DNA from: Nitrospirota bacterium
Lineage (GTDB): Bacteria; Nitrospirota; Thermodesulfovibrionia; Thermodesulfovibrionales; Dissulfurispiraceae
Direction of reading: 5' to 3'
Length of the DNA stretch: 64,000 bases
NCBI GenBank assembly: GCA_963790025.1
Contig: CAWBMP010000004.1
Coordinates: 928,001 to 992,000 of the forward strand
The position numbers were made by a program, and so were the translations under genes. The notes below the pieces were generated by a model. It ran no database searches. It worked only from the letters and a program-made list of their open reading frames with translations, and was not told where the DNA came from. Of the stretch, positions 51,203 to 62,252 are shown piece after piece; positions within the stretch are counted from its first letter, which is position 1; each line of letters starts with the position of its first letter.

Positions 51203-51269
51203 ACAAAAAAGTAGCTTGGCTGTTGCAGTCCGGGCATTCTCATGCACATTTTATGGTTTGGAGGAAGTA

Positions 51270-52628
51270 ATGAAAACAATGAAGGGCATTACATTTGTTG
51301 TCGTAGTAATAATGGCTCTGCTTTCTTTCTCGGCAGTCTTGCTCTATGCTGAAGATCAGAAACCGGCCGGCGCTCAGGCACCAGCTGCGCAACAGGCGCC
51401 GGCACCGGCACCGAAGATTGATACAGGGGACACTGCCTGGATGATCGTGGCTACGGCATTAGTTATGCTTATGACGATACCGGGCCTGGCCTTGTTCTAT
51501 GGCGGCATGGCGAAAGGTAAAAACGTACTGAATACTCTGGCAATGTCTTTTGCCACATTCGCCATCGTCAGCGTTCTCTGGGTAATTTATGGTTATACTT
51601 TTGCGTTCGGCACCGATGTAGGAGGCTTTATCGGCAGAGCCGAGAAACTGTTACTCTCGGGAGTAGGCGTAAATAGTATCAGCGACCTGGCAAAGACAAT
51701 ACCCGAGTTTATATTCATCGCATACCAGCTGACCTTTGCGGCGATCACGGTTGCGCTGGCGAGCGGCTCATATGTGGAAAGGATGAAGTTCTCGGCCTGG
51801 GTGCTGTTCTCAATACTCTGGTTAACCATTACCTATCTGCCGATAGCCCATTGGGTATGGGGCAACGGCTTTCTCATGAAGATGGGAGCCCTCGATTTTG
51901 CGGGTGGCACTGTCGTTCATATCAATGCCGGTGTCGCTGGACTCGTAGGTGCGATAATGCTTGGAAAAAGGAAGGACCCCACCTATAAACCAAACAACCT
52001 TCCTTTTGTAGTCATTGGCGCAGGACTCTTGTGGTTCGGCTGGTTCGGATTCAACGCCGGGTCTGCTCTTGCAGCCAACGGCCTTGCAGGGGCCGCCTTT
52101 CTTAATACAAATACAGCCACCGCGATGGCGACAGTGGCGTGGATGGTAACTGAATGGATACATGGCGGGAAGCCTACCGTCCTGGGTCTGGCTTCAGGGG
52201 CCGTCGCAGGACTTGTCACGATCACACCCGCTGCCGGTTTCGTAAATATTACCGGGGCCATAGTAATTGGGACAGCGGCGGGGATAATTCCCTTTTTCTG
52301 TGTTGCGAAACTCAAACCCTTGCTCGGCTACGACGACGCCCTCGACGCCTTCGGTGTTCACGCAATAGGCGGTACGATTGGAGCGCTTCTTACCGGTATA
52401 TTTGCCGATCCTGCCATCAATGACGCGGGCAAGGGTCTTCTTTATGGAAATCCGGGTCAGTTACTCATACAGCTTAAAGCTGTGGGAGTAACAATAGCGT
52501 ATACCGCGATAACAACCGCAATCATTTTTATGATAATCAAGGCAGTGACTGGTATCAGGGTCGATGCTGAGGAAGAGATGACAGGGCTCGACGAAAGTGC
52601 ACACGGCGAAAGGGCATATAACCTGTAA
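51270..52628 (+). CDS. amtB: Ammonium transporter 2 (AmtB type)
   Basis: GDTAW, PGLALFYGG, DFAGGTVVH, WFGWFGFN, DDALDAFGVH; GGAGG RBS before ATG 51270. Confidence 0.96.
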   Translation: MKTMKGITFVVVVIMALLSFSAVLLYAEDQKPAGAQAPAAQQAPAPAPKIDTGDTAWMIVATALVMLMTIPGLALFYGGMAKGKNVLNTLAMSFATFAIVSVLWVIYGYTFAFGTDVGGFIGRAEKLLLSGVGVNSISDLAKTIPEFIFIAYQLTFAAITVALASGSYVERMKFSAWVLFSILWLTITYLPIAHWVWGNGFLMKMGALDFAGGTVVHINAGVAGLVGAIMLGKRKDPTYKPNNLPFVVIGAGLLWFGWFGFNAGSALAANGLAGAAFLNTNTATAMATVAWMVTEWIHGGKPTVLGLASGAVAGLVTITPAAGFVNITGAIVIGTAAGIIPFFCVAKLKPLLGYDDALDAFGVHAIGGTIGALLTGIFADPAINDAGKGLLYGNPGQLLIQLKAVGVTIAYTAITTAIIFMIIKAVTGIRVDAEEEMTGLDESAHGERAYNL

Positions 52629-52707
52629 AGACAGTGCCAGTTTGTAGTGTCAGTAAACAGGGTCCTCCACTGACACTGAATACTGACGCTAAACATAAAG
52701 GAGATAA

Positions 52708-53049
<342 letters not shown>

Positions 53050-53137
53050 AGAGCTTGATTTTCCCACATTTTTGTAGAAGGTACATTTTTGTAGGAATCG
53101 CGCTATGCTCTTGTTTTGAAGAATTAAAACTTCGCTT

Positions 53138-53179
53138 GTTCCCTGAAAATCCTACATTTTTGTAGGATTTTCAGGGAAC
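53138..53179. repeat. Perfect 19-bp-arm palindrome centred on an ACA-N4-TGT box
   Basis: GTTCCCTGAAAATCCTACA-TTTT-TGTAGGATTTTCAGGGAAC. Confidence 0.9.
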
Positions 53180-53201
53180 TTATCTTATTATTATCCTTAA
53201 A

Positions 53202-53235
53202 TATCAATTAGTTAATAAGTGGCATGGTTCTGGCA
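53202..53235 (+). promoter_or_regulatory. sigma54 promoter of amt3 with IHF site
   Basis: TGGCATGGTTCTGGCA 53220-53235; TATCAATTAGTTA 53202-53214; ACATTTTTGT at 53066, 53083, 53154. Confidence 0.82.
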
Positions 53236-53285
53236 ATTCAAAAAAGTTTGTAATCATAGTTTTTTTGACTAAAAGGAGCCAGATC

Positions 53286-54599
53286 ATGAAGTTCAAAAAA
53301 ATTCTTCCTTATTTTTCAATATTTTTTTTGTTATTCCCTCTGAATACGTTTGCCCAAATCTCCGGTGAATCTTCCGGTAAAATAGACTCAGGGGATACCG
53401 CTTTTCTGCTTTTGTCTGCAGCGCTGGTCATGCTGATGACGCCTGCACTTGCGATCTTTTATGGTGGTATGGTGAGGAGAAAAAACGTCCTCGGAACAAT
53501 AATGCAAAGCTTTGTTGCCATTGCAATCATAAGTATACAATGGATTCTGTATGGTTATAGTCTCTCTTTTGGGCCCGATGTGCATGGAATAATAGGCAAT
53601 CTTGACTGGATAGGACTGAGAGGTGTGGGAGTTGCGCCTAACCCGGGTTATGCACCGACAGTACCTCATATAGCTTTCATGATATACCAGTGTATGTTTT
53701 CCGTCATTACCCCTGCGTTGATTACAGGTGCATTTGCAGAGCGTATGAAATTTTCTGCTTTTTTAGCTTTCGCCATCCTGTGGTCGACGTTAGTATATGA
53801 TCCAATCTGCCACTGGATATGGGCCAACGGCGGCTGGCTCAAAAATATGGGCGCTCTCGATTTTGCCGGAGGGATGGTAGTGCACATCACGTCAGGCATA
53901 TCAGCCCTGGCTGCTGCTCTCATTATTGGTAAAAGAAAGGGACATGCACACGACTTTACGCCTCACGACCTCCCTTTAACCGTTCTCGGCGCCGGACTTT
54001 TATGGTTCGGATGGTTTGGGTTTAATGCTGGAAGCGCCCTTTCCTCAGGCGCACTGAGCGCAATGACCTTCGCTGTTACGCATATTTCAGCGGTGGGGGC
54101 TACACTCATATGGGTTGTTATAGAGTGGCTTCACAGAGGGAAGCCCACCATGTTCGGGGCCGCAACAGGCGCCATCGCAGGACTCGCAACAATTACCCCT
54201 GCATCAGGATTTGTGGGACCCATGTCCGCCTTGATCATTGGATTATGTGCCGGGACCATTTGCTACCTGGCGCTGAACATGAAAAGCCGTTTCGGTTACG
54301 ATGACTCGCTGGATGCCTTCGGGGTGCATGGAATCGGCGGTATAATCGGCACCCTCGCCACCGGACTTTTTGCTCAAAAACTAATAAATCCGGCTGGGGC
54401 CGACGGCCTGTTCTTCGGCAATTCAGGAGTCTTTGTAACCCAGGTTATCAGTATATCCATAACAATTGTCTACTCATTCTGCGTTACCGCCCTGATCCTG
54501 AAAGTTCTGGATAGACTTATAGGATTAAGAGTCGACGACGAATCAGAAGTTCTCGGACTTGATTTATCTCAGCACGGCGAGAGCGGATACACATTGTAA
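53286..54599 (+). CDS. amtB: Ammonium transporter 3 (AmtB type)
   Basis: GDTAF, FYGGMVR.KN, GAFAER, DFAGG.VVH, DDSLDAFGVH; AGGAG RBS. Confidence 0.96.
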   Translation: MKFKKILPYFSIFFLLFPLNTFAQISGESSGKIDSGDTAFLLLSAALVMLMTPALAIFYGGMVRRKNVLGTIMQSFVAIAIISIQWILYGYSLSFGPDVHGIIGNLDWIGLRGVGVAPNPGYAPTVPHIAFMIYQCMFSVITPALITGAFAERMKFSAFLAFAILWSTLVYDPICHWIWANGGWLKNMGALDFAGGMVVHITSGISALAAALIIGKRKGHAHDFTPHDLPLTVLGAGLLWFGWFGFNAGSALSSGALSAMTFAVTHISAVGATLIWVVIEWLHRGKPTMFGAATGAIAGLATITPASGFVGPMSALIIGLCAGTICYLALNMKSRFGYDDSLDAFGVHGIGGIIGTLATGLFAQKLINPAGADGLFFGNSGVFVTQVISISITIVYSFCVTALILKVLDRLIGLRVDDESEVLGLDLSQHGESGYTL

Positions 54600-54724
54600 T
54601 CGATTGCCTGAAATGTTGGCGGTAGCGGCCTTTTATTCGGGCAATTGCTGATGACTTTTGTTGCCGAACTCTCTGTTTTTAATCATTGCTATTCTGCCAC
54701 ATCACTTGCTATCATATTGTCCAT

Positions 54725-55429
54725 ATGTCCGTAATGATCTGCAAGAATATGGAAAACGAGGGCCCAGGCACTATTGAGGATTTTCTCAAGAAAGAGAATA
54801 TCGCTTATACTGTTTTGGAGATGCCGGGGACCGAAAATATCCCCAGTCCTGACGATTTCGATACTCTTCTGATGATGGGCGGCCCGATGAGTGTCAATGA
54901 GGATGATCTCTATCCCTATATTAATAAAGAGGAAGCGCTTGTAAAGGATTTTATTGCTAAAAGCAAACGCGTGCTCGGTGTATGTCTTGGAGCGCAGATA
55001 ATGGCAAAGGCACTCGGATCGCGAGTTTACAAAGGCGCTGAACAAGAGATAGGCTGGTATGATATAAACATTACCGGGGAGGGTTTGAGTGATGGACGCA
55101 TATTGCGTCTTGCCACTCATCCTCAGGATGGAAACATTTGTACGAAATTCAAAGTCTTCCACTGGCATGGTGAGACGTTCGATGTCCCTGACGGTGCTGT
55201 CGGGCTTGCAAGTTCGGCACTTTATCCGAATCAGGCATTCAGGTACGGCAAAAATGCATATGCATTTCAGTTCCATATTGAAGTAAAAAAGGGTATGATA
55301 TACGAGTGGCTGAAAAATGAGACAGTCGATCTTGAAAAAATAAGGGCTGAAACAGAAAGGCTTTATGATGTCTATACTGCCCGGGCACATAAGTTTTACG
55401 AAGCATTTTTTGGCCCATATAAAACATAA
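54725..55429 (+). CDS. Stand-alone class I glutamine amidotransferase
   Basis: EGPGTI, MGGPMSV, LGVCLGAQ, WHGETF, QFHIE catalytic triad; start uncertain (54686 or 54725). Confidence 0.88.
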   Translation: MSVMICKNMENEGPGTIEDFLKKENIAYTVLEMPGTENIPSPDDFDTLLMMGGPMSVNEDDLYPYINKEEALVKDFIAKSKRVLGVCLGAQIMAKALGSRVYKGAEQEIGWYDINITGEGLSDGRILRLATHPQDGNICTKFKVFHWHGETFDVPDGAVGLASSALYPNQAFRYGKNAYAFQFHIEVKKGMIYEWLKNETVDLEKIRAETERLYDVYTARAHKFYEAFFGPYKT

Positions 55430-55509
55430 ATCCACAGCATTCCATTGTGTTTTGGCTTAGGGCCTCTACTTTTTTTGCTGTGGTTAAGATTTGACACTAC
55501 AGGAGGTGA

Positions 55510-55851
<342 letters not shown>

Positions 55852-55956
55852 AAGAGTAAATGGGTAAATGGGCGAATGGGTATATGAGTTAAAGACATCA
55901 TATACTCATGCACTCATATACTCATCAAATCATTTACTAAAAATAAAGGAGGGAAT

Positions 55957-57369
55957 ATGACACCAAAAGATGTACTGAAGATGGCGCAGGAAAACAAGGC
56001 TGTAATGGCAAACTTCAAGTTTCTTGATTATCCCGGGATATGGCAGCACTTTGGAGCACCAATCTCGGAATTAACGGAGGATGTATTTGAGAGCGGACTG
56101 GGTTTTGACGGCTCCTCGATAAGGGGCTGGCAGGCTATACATACGTCTGATATGCTGATAATTCCGGACCCATCCACGGCCTTTATCGACCCCTTCATGG
56201 AATACCCGACCATAAGCCTCATCTGCAATATCATGGACCCGATCACCAAAGAGTTTTATACAAGAGACCCCCGCTATATTGCTCAAAAGGCGGAGGCCTA
56301 TTTGAAATCTACCGGGATTGGTGATACGGCGTATTTCGGTCCTGAGGCAGAGTTCTTTATTTTTGACGACATCATGTTCGACCAGAACTCACACAGCGGC
56401 TATTATTTCATCGATTCAGTTGAAGGTATCTGGAATTCGGGCCGTGATGAAAAGCCGAACCTCGGCTATAAGCCAAGGCATAAAGAAGGCTATTTCCCTG
56501 TTCCTCCAACCGACAGTCTCGTCAACCTGAGAACAGAGATGGTCATGGAAATGCTGAAATGCGGCATCTATGTGGAAAAAGAACACCATGAAGTGGCCAC
56601 TGCGGGGCAGGCCGAGATAGATATGAGATTTGAGTCCCTGCTCAAGATGGCGGACAATCTCATGCTCTTCAAATACATAATCAAGAATGTCGCAAAGAGG
56701 CATAACAAGACAGTTACATTCATGCCGAAGCCCCTTTTCGGCGACAACGGTTCGGGGATGCATACACACCAGAGCATATGGAAAAACGGAAAGCCTGTTT
56801 TTGCAGGCAATGGCTATGCAGGCCTTAGCGAAACAGCACTCTACTACATCGGCGGCATACTGAAGCACGCAAAATCCCTGGCAGCCATTACCAATCCAAC
56901 AACCAATTCATACAAAAGATTGACCCCGGGCTTTGAAGCGCCGGTGAACCTTGCCTACTCTGCAAGAAACCGTTCGGCTGGAGTCAGGATACCAACTTAC
57001 TCTCCAAGCCCGAAAGCAAAGAGGGCAGAAGTAAGGTTCCCTGACCCCTCATGTAATGGCTATCTTGCCTTTGCAGCCATGCTGATGGCAGGACTTGACG
57101 GCATCGAAAATAAGATACATCCGGGCGAGCCGCTCGATAAAGATATTTACGAACTCGGCCCCGAAGAGCTTGCATCGGTGCCGACCATGCCTGGAAGCCT
57201 CGAGGAGGCCCTCGGCAACCTCGAAGAAGACCACGATTACCTGAGGAAAGGCGATGTCTTTACCGAAGACGCACTGGAAACGTGGATAAGCTACAAGAGG
57301 TCAAAAGAAGTGGATGCCCTACGACTGAGGCCGCACCCTTATGAGTTTTTCCTGTATTACGATATTTAA
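55957..57369 (+). CDS. glnA: Glutamine synthetase type I, copy 2 (protein identical to copy 1)
   Basis: Identical 470-aa translation in ORF track. Confidence 0.97.
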   Translation: MTPKDVLKMAQENKAVMANFKFLDYPGIWQHFGAPISELTEDVFESGLGFDGSSIRGWQAIHTSDMLIIPDPSTAFIDPFMEYPTISLICNIMDPITKEFYTRDPRYIAQKAEAYLKSTGIGDTAYFGPEAEFFIFDDIMFDQNSHSGYYFIDSVEGIWNSGRDEKPNLGYKPRHKEGYFPVPPTDSLVNLRTEMVMEMLKCGIYVEKEHHEVATAGQAEIDMRFESLLKMADNLMLFKYIIKNVAKRHNKTVTFMPKPLFGDNGSGMHTHQSIWKNGKPVFAGNGYAGLSETALYYIGGILKHAKSLAAITNPTTNSYKRLTPGFEAPVNLAYSARNRSAGVRIPTYSPSPKAKRAEVRFPDPSCNGYLAFAAMLMAGLDGIENKIHPGEPLDKDIYELGPEELASVPTMPGSLEEALGNLEEDHDYLRKGDVFTEDALETWISYKRSKEVDALRLRPHPYEFFLYYDI

Positions 57370-57389
57370 GATACTCTTTACATAATGAC

Positions 57390-57426
57390 AAAAAAAGGGG
57401 GACTCTACAGAGCCCCCCTTTTTTTT
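57390..57426. terminator. Bidirectional terminator after glnA2
   Basis: aaaaaaagggggactctacagagcccccctttttttt. Confidence 0.8.
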
Positions 57427-57430
57427 CGTT

Positions 57431-57868
57431 CTACCCATATCTTTCAGTGATACATGTTTCGAGTGTACGTATGGTGACCTCCTGGTCGGAAATAATTTCA
57501 TTAACCACGTCCCCTATAGTTATAATGCCTACAACTAGATCACTGTCGATGACGGGTAAACAACGGATTTTTTTTGCCGAAATCAGGGCCATGCATTCAG
57601 CCATCGTATTCCCCGGGTTAACATAAAACACCTGTTGTGTCATCACTTCGCTGACACACGTATCCTTTGAAGACTTTCCCTGAAGGATGACTTTTCTAGC
57701 GTAATCACGTTCCGAAAAAATCCCGACAAGTTTGCAGTTATCAATGACTAATACGGTCCCGATATCCTTTGCGGCCATCAATTCAAGGGCCGCGAATGCA
57801 GTTAACTCGGGAGAAACCGACCAGACATTTCGGCTATGGGTCTTCAAGAACTCCCTAACGTTTTTCAT
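57431..57868 (-). CDS. CBS-domain pair protein
   Basis: LVGIFSERDYARKV, V.EVMT, LPVI...VGIITIGD. Confidence 0.9.
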   Translation of the reverse strand: MKNVREFLKTHSRNVWSVSPELTAFAALELMAAKDIGTVLVIDNCKLVGIFSERDYARKVILQGKSSKDTCVSEVMTQQVFYVNPGNTMAECMALISAKKIRCLPVIDSDLVVGIITIGDVVNEIISDQEVTIRTLETCITERYG

Positions 57869-57904
57869 GTGACATTCTCTCCATGTCCATAGATACTGAT
57901 TTGC

Positions 57905-58432
57905 TTATTTATTTCCGATAGCTTTTGTCGTGGACTGAATCATTGCCGTATCTTCAGCCCTGCCGAGAAGCATGTCCATATCGAGCAATATAATAAGCCG
58001 CTCATCCAGCTTGGCGATCCCTTTTATGAACTCGGCCCTTATATTGGATGCCATAGGCGGTGTAGGCTCAACTGTCGAAGAGGGAATTCTAAGCACTTCA
58101 GATACCGAATCGACGACAAGGCCCATTGTTATACCCTGCACATCCATTATCATTATGCGAGTATGCTCGTCATTCTCCCTTTCGGCAAGGCCAAACTTTC
58201 GTCTGATATTCACTACCGGTATCACCTTGCCCCTAAGGTTAATCACACCCTCAACATAAGGCGGGGAGTTAGGCACCCGTGTAATTTCTTTCATCCGGTT
58301 AATTTCCTGCACCTTGAGAATAGCTACGGCGTATTCCTCGCTGCCAAGATTAAAGGTAACAAGTTGGAGAAGTTCGTCACTCCCCGCTGTCTTTATTGCT
58401 TCTGAGGAATCTGTTGATACCATTTCGCCCAT
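57905..58432 (-). CDS. cheW: Chemotaxis coupling protein CheW
   Basis: QLVTF.L..EEYA..I..VQEI, VEGVINLRGKVIPV, GLVVDSVSEV. Confidence 0.93.
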   Translation of the reverse strand: MGEMVSTDSSEAIKTAGSDELLQLVTFNLGSEEYAVAILKVQEINRMKEITRVPNSPPYVEGVINLRGKVIPVVNIRRKFGLAERENDEHTRIMIMDVQGITMGLVVDSVSEVLRIPSSTVEPTPPMASNIRAEFIKGIAKLDERLIILLDMDMLLGRAEDTAMIQSTTKAIGNK

Positions 58433-58602
58433 GCGACACCTCCAGCTATAAAAAATTATAAATGCTGAATGCAGGATGTTGCCTTAATGAGAAAACCATC
58501 CATGCAACATTTAACCTTTAAAACTCAGCATTGCTTCTCTCTTTAATTGGTTTTATTATACTGAATTGCTTAGTTTTTTTCATTACGCATCCCTTGTGAC
58601 TG

Positions 58603-61419
58603 CTAAGCTATGTGGTCCCACATGCCGCTGACCAGGGCCTTTCTCCCGCGCAGTGTCACCAGGAGTTCCTCGTCGCTCATACCACCGAGATCAGCCATAC
58701 CATGCAGGACAGATCCCTTGTCTTTCAATACCGCTTCATTTTTCAGACGCAGCATTGTTTCGATATTGCGGTAAAAGACATAGCTATCGCTGAGCATGCG
58801 CGAATCGTCTTCCATAAGAATACCCGCCCTACAAATGCGCCTTATTGCTTCAAAGGTATGCTGTACCAACAGTTCAGGGTGGTCCCTGCAGTGCTTCATT
58901 TGCAGATACTGTATCATAAATTCAAGCTCGATAAGCCCCCCTTCACCCCGCTTTATATCATATAATCCGGAGCTTATCGATTCCTTCGAAAGTTCCTTGC
59001 CGATTCTTTCGAGCATTCTTTTTATTTCCGCTACAGTTACGTCGCTGCCTTTGGCAAGCAATACTTCCCTTCTCATCGCCATGAAAGACCTGTTCGTATT
59101 TTTGTCGCCGGTTATAGGGCGCGCCTTCAAAAGGGCCTGCAATTCCCACAGCCCGGCGGAGCGGCGATAGTAAGCAGCAAGCCCGTCGATCGAGCTTACA
59201 AGCGGACCCTTATTGCCGTCGGGACGCAGCCGCGTATCCATTTTATAGGCAATGCCATCTTTTGTATGCAACATGGCAATTTTCAGTATATGCTCTGCTG
59301 CTTTTATGTCATCAATTGACGGCTCATAACGTGTCAAAAATACTATGTCGAGATCTGAATTAAACGTAATTTCGCGCCCGCCCAGCTTGCCGTAACTTAT
59401 GATTGAGAGTGCCGATGTTTCGGAACTGTGCTCCTGTACCAATAGTGCCGCTACAGCCTCCGCGACATTGCTCAGCGATTTCATAAGCTGCAGTATATTC
59501 AGCTGCCTGCCCAAAAACAGAATTCCCAGCCTGACCTCCTCAAGCCTTCTAAATAGCCGGACAGCCGTAGCTGCCCCGTGCAGTCCGGCAAGCATTGCGA
59601 GTTCTTTCTTCAGTCCATCGAGTCTCTTTACTCTTACTTCACCTTCCACAAGGGAGTCCAGGTATGCAGTATTGCTCATGAGTATCTTTGAGAGGTACTC
59701 GCTATGGGAGAAGACAAAAATGAGAAGAGATATTAATTCTCTCCGCCCGGCAATTGTTTCCAGATATGATTCCTTTGTAGACATAAGAGCGGCGAAATCC
59801 ACGAGTTGGAGCAGCGCGAGATCCGTGTCAAAGCTTTGCAGTGCCTCTTCAATAAATTGCGGCATGATATCTTCCAGCAGCCTTCTGCCCCTTATCGTCT
59901 GGAAAAAGTTGACCGTATTCCTGAGCTTCATTAAATAGTGAATCGCTCTCCTGGTATCTTTAACCCCCTTTTTCGCAAGCTCTTCGGCCATAAGTTCCTC
60001 AACAGGCATATCGATATCCCAGAACTCGGCGCTCATAATGCCAAGATAGGTTGACCTGTGAATATCTCCGTTTTTCACGAAAAGCAAAGAATCATATATT
60101 GACCGAACCTTGTGCCTTCTGTTTGACAGTTCCTGCAAAAAGGCTGTCCCGCTTCCGAATCCCATACGCCTGCCGACTATCTCAAACTCCTTATCGCCAA
60201 CCGGAATCGTGTGGGTCTGAAGGTCATTCATCTGCTGGAGGCGGTGTTCGAGCGTCCTCAAAAAAACATAGTTGTCAGTCAGATGGCGAAAATCCTCATA
60301 GCCGATCAGTCTCTTCTGCATAAGCCGGTCGAGAATAAGAAAAGTGCTCCTTTCCCTCAGAAATACTTCTTTTCCCCCGTAAATCAGTTGGAAAATCTGT
60401 ATAAAAAATTCTATTTCACGTATACCGCCGTAGCCCCTCTTTATGTCTCTGCCGAGAGTGCCGGACTTAATCTGTTCGACCTGGGACTTCATACGTCTTA
60501 TTTCGTCGATGGCGTCGAAGTCAAGGTATTTCCTGTAGACAAAAGGCCTCACCATCTGAAGGAATTCTTTCCCCAGTGCCGGATTGCCGGCCACAACACG
60601 GGCCCGGAGAAGCGCTGCCCGCTCCCACAGCTGTCCCCATGACTCATAATAGTCCTCGTGCCCCCTCAGCGACAGGGCCAGACTGCCAAGTTGCCCCTGC
60701 GGTCTAAGCCGTAAATCGACACGGTAAGCAAAACCATCACTGGTATTAGCGGAAAGGAAACGTGCATACTCTTCCACAAGTTTGGAGTAATATTCGGCAG
60801 CAGTAATCTTGTTTATCGTTACGCCGCGACTCATCTTCAATCCTGTCGTTTCACCTTCATCTTTATATACAAAGATGATGTCTACATCCGAACTGTAATT
60901 GAGTTCTTGCGCCCCCAGTTTCCCGAGACCTATGACGACCAGAGCGTTGTTCCTGGGCCGCCCATACCGTTGTTCAATAAAAGACTCTATAAAAATCAGG
61001 GATTCATCCAATACCGTATCGGCAAGATTGCTTATATCGAGCATCGATGATTGAAGGTCCGCCAGCTTGAGAATGTCCTTGAGGGTGACAGTGAGCATTT
61101 CCTGTTTTCTGAAGTGCCGCAGTGCTCTCATGCCTTCATCTATCGAGGCACATGTACTGAACATGCTCTTCAGCTTTTTCCGCAGATATGCCTTTTCAAA
61201 AGAAAGACCGAGGCTATTGATCGCATGGAATAAAACATCCGGGTATTGTATTGAGTAATTCGCAAGGAACTGACTGTAAGAAAACAGCATGGATACCCGG
61301 TACAGATTTTGTTCCAGTTTATCCGCGTACCCTGGGTTTTGCGAGAGAAAGGCCTCTATATTATTGCCGGCGCGTTCGGGATCGGGGCAGAAAGACAAAT
61401 CAAAACCGGTGACCCTCAT
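58603..61419 (-). CDS. glnE: Glutamine synthetase adenylyltransferase/removase
   Basis: Two GKLG..E..(Y/F).SD.D and D.RLRP.G motifs, WERAAL/WELQAL, DIKRG.GG..E.EF. Confidence 0.93.
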   Translation of the reverse strand: MRVTGFDLSFCPDPERAGNNIEAFLSQNPGYADKLEQNLYRVSMLFSYSQFLANYSIQYPDVLFHAINSLGLSFEKAYLRKKLKSMFSTCASIDEGMRALRHFRKQEMLTVTLKDILKLADLQSSMLDISNLADTVLDESLIFIESFIEQRYGRPRNNALVVIGLGKLGAQELNYSSDVDIIFVYKDEGETTGLKMSRGVTINKITAAEYYSKLVEEYARFLSANTSDGFAYRVDLRLRPQGQLGSLALSLRGHEDYYESWGQLWERAALLRARVVAGNPALGKEFLQMVRPFVYRKYLDFDAIDEIRRMKSQVEQIKSGTLGRDIKRGYGGIREIEFFIQIFQLIYGGKEVFLRERSTFLILDRLMQKRLIGYEDFRHLTDNYVFLRTLEHRLQQMNDLQTHTIPVGDKEFEIVGRRMGFGSGTAFLQELSNRRHKVRSIYDSLLFVKNGDIHRSTYLGIMSAEFWDIDMPVEELMAEELAKKGVKDTRRAIHYLMKLRNTVNFFQTIRGRRLLEDIMPQFIEEALQSFDTDLALLQLVDFAALMSTKESYLETIAGRRELISLLIFVFSHSEYLSKILMSNTAYLDSLVEGEVRVKRLDGLKKELAMLAGLHGAATAVRLFRRLEEVRLGILFLGRQLNILQLMKSLSNVAEAVAALLVQEHSSETSALSIISYGKLGGREITFNSDLDIVFLTRYEPSIDDIKAAEHILKIAMLHTKDGIAYKMDTRLRPDGNKGPLVSSIDGLAAYYRRSAGLWELQALLKARPITGDKNTNRSFMAMRREVLLAKGSDVTVAEIKRMLERIGKELSKESISSGLYDIKRGEGGLIELEFMIQYLQMKHCRDHPELLVQHTFEAIRRICRAGILMEDDSRMLSDSYVFYRNIETMLRLKNEAVLKDKGSVLHGMADLGGMSDEELLVTLRGRKALVSGMWDHIA

Positions 61420-62252
61420 TCACGCCACAACCGCGGGTCGAGCGCGTCGCGTAATCCTTCCCCGACAAGATTATAACTCAGCACCGTAATAAGAATGGCA
61501 AAGCCCGGGAAAAGCGAAAGCCACCACGCAACAGTAATATTATCCTTTCCCGATGTAAGGATATTCCCCCAGCTCGGTTCAGGCGGCTGTACGCCAAGCC
61601 CCAGGAATGACAGGGCCGATTCGGTCAGTATCGCCCCGGCAATACCAAACGTAGCGGCCACAAACACGGGAGAAAGGGCATTTGGGATGATGTGCCTGAA
61701 AATAATTCTGGGATTGCTCGCGCCGATTGCCCTTGCAGCCGAAACGAAGTCGCGCTCTTTGAGTGTCAAAAATTCCGCCCTGACAAGCCGGGAAACGTCC
61801 ATCCAACCAGTAAGCCCAATAATAATCATTATCGTGGAAATGCTCGGCTCGACAATCGCAATGACTGCCAGTATCAGGAAGAATGTTGGAAAGCAAAGCA
61901 TTATATCGACAAACCGCATAAGCAGAGAATCTATTATGCCTCCGTAATATCCCGCCATAGCGCCGAGGACAGTTCCTATCGTTATTGCAATGCCTACGGC
62001 GATAAAACCAACTTTCAGGGATGAGCGGCTGCCCCATATCATTCGCGACAAAACATCCCTGCCCAATTCATCGGTCCCGAACGGATGGGCCGCATTGGGA
62101 GTTGACAGGACATCGTAAACGTTAATAGCGGTCGGACTGTAAGGAGCGATAATGGGAGCAAACAGCGCGACCATGGCAAGGAGCAGAATAATAATCGCCC
62201 CTGTCACAGAGAGTGGATTCTTCTTGAACCTGTTCCAGATTATACGAAGCAT
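61416..62252 (-). CDS. Peptide/nickel ABC transporter permease (OppC/DppC)
   Basis: HPFGTDELGRD, FV.AARAIGA...I.FRHI.PN, GLRDALDP. Confidence 0.92.
   Translation of the reverse strand: MLRIIWNRFKKNPLSVTGAIIILLLAMVALFAPIIAPYSPTAINVYDVLSTPNAAHPFGTDELGRDVLSRMIWGSRSSLKVGFIAVGIAITIGTVLGAMAGYYGGIIDSLLMRFVDIMLCFPTFFLILAVIAIVEPSISTIMIIIGLTGWMDVSRLVRAEFLTLKERDFVSAARAIGASNPRIIFRHIIPNALSPVFVAATFGIAGAILTESALSFLGLGVQPPEPSWGNILTSGKDNITVAWWLSLFPGFAILITVLSYNLVGEGLRDALDPRLWRE

Noticed and set aside
54689..55435. 248-aa minus-strand ORF; likewise 42411..43328, 39615..40421, 12662..13624, 8775..9596
   Set aside because: Fully antisense to well-supported genes and without recognisable motifs
57905..58432. cheW as part of the nitrogen regulon
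   Set aside because: Opposite strand, no sigma54/IHF/box architecture seen upstream; likely an orphan neighbour
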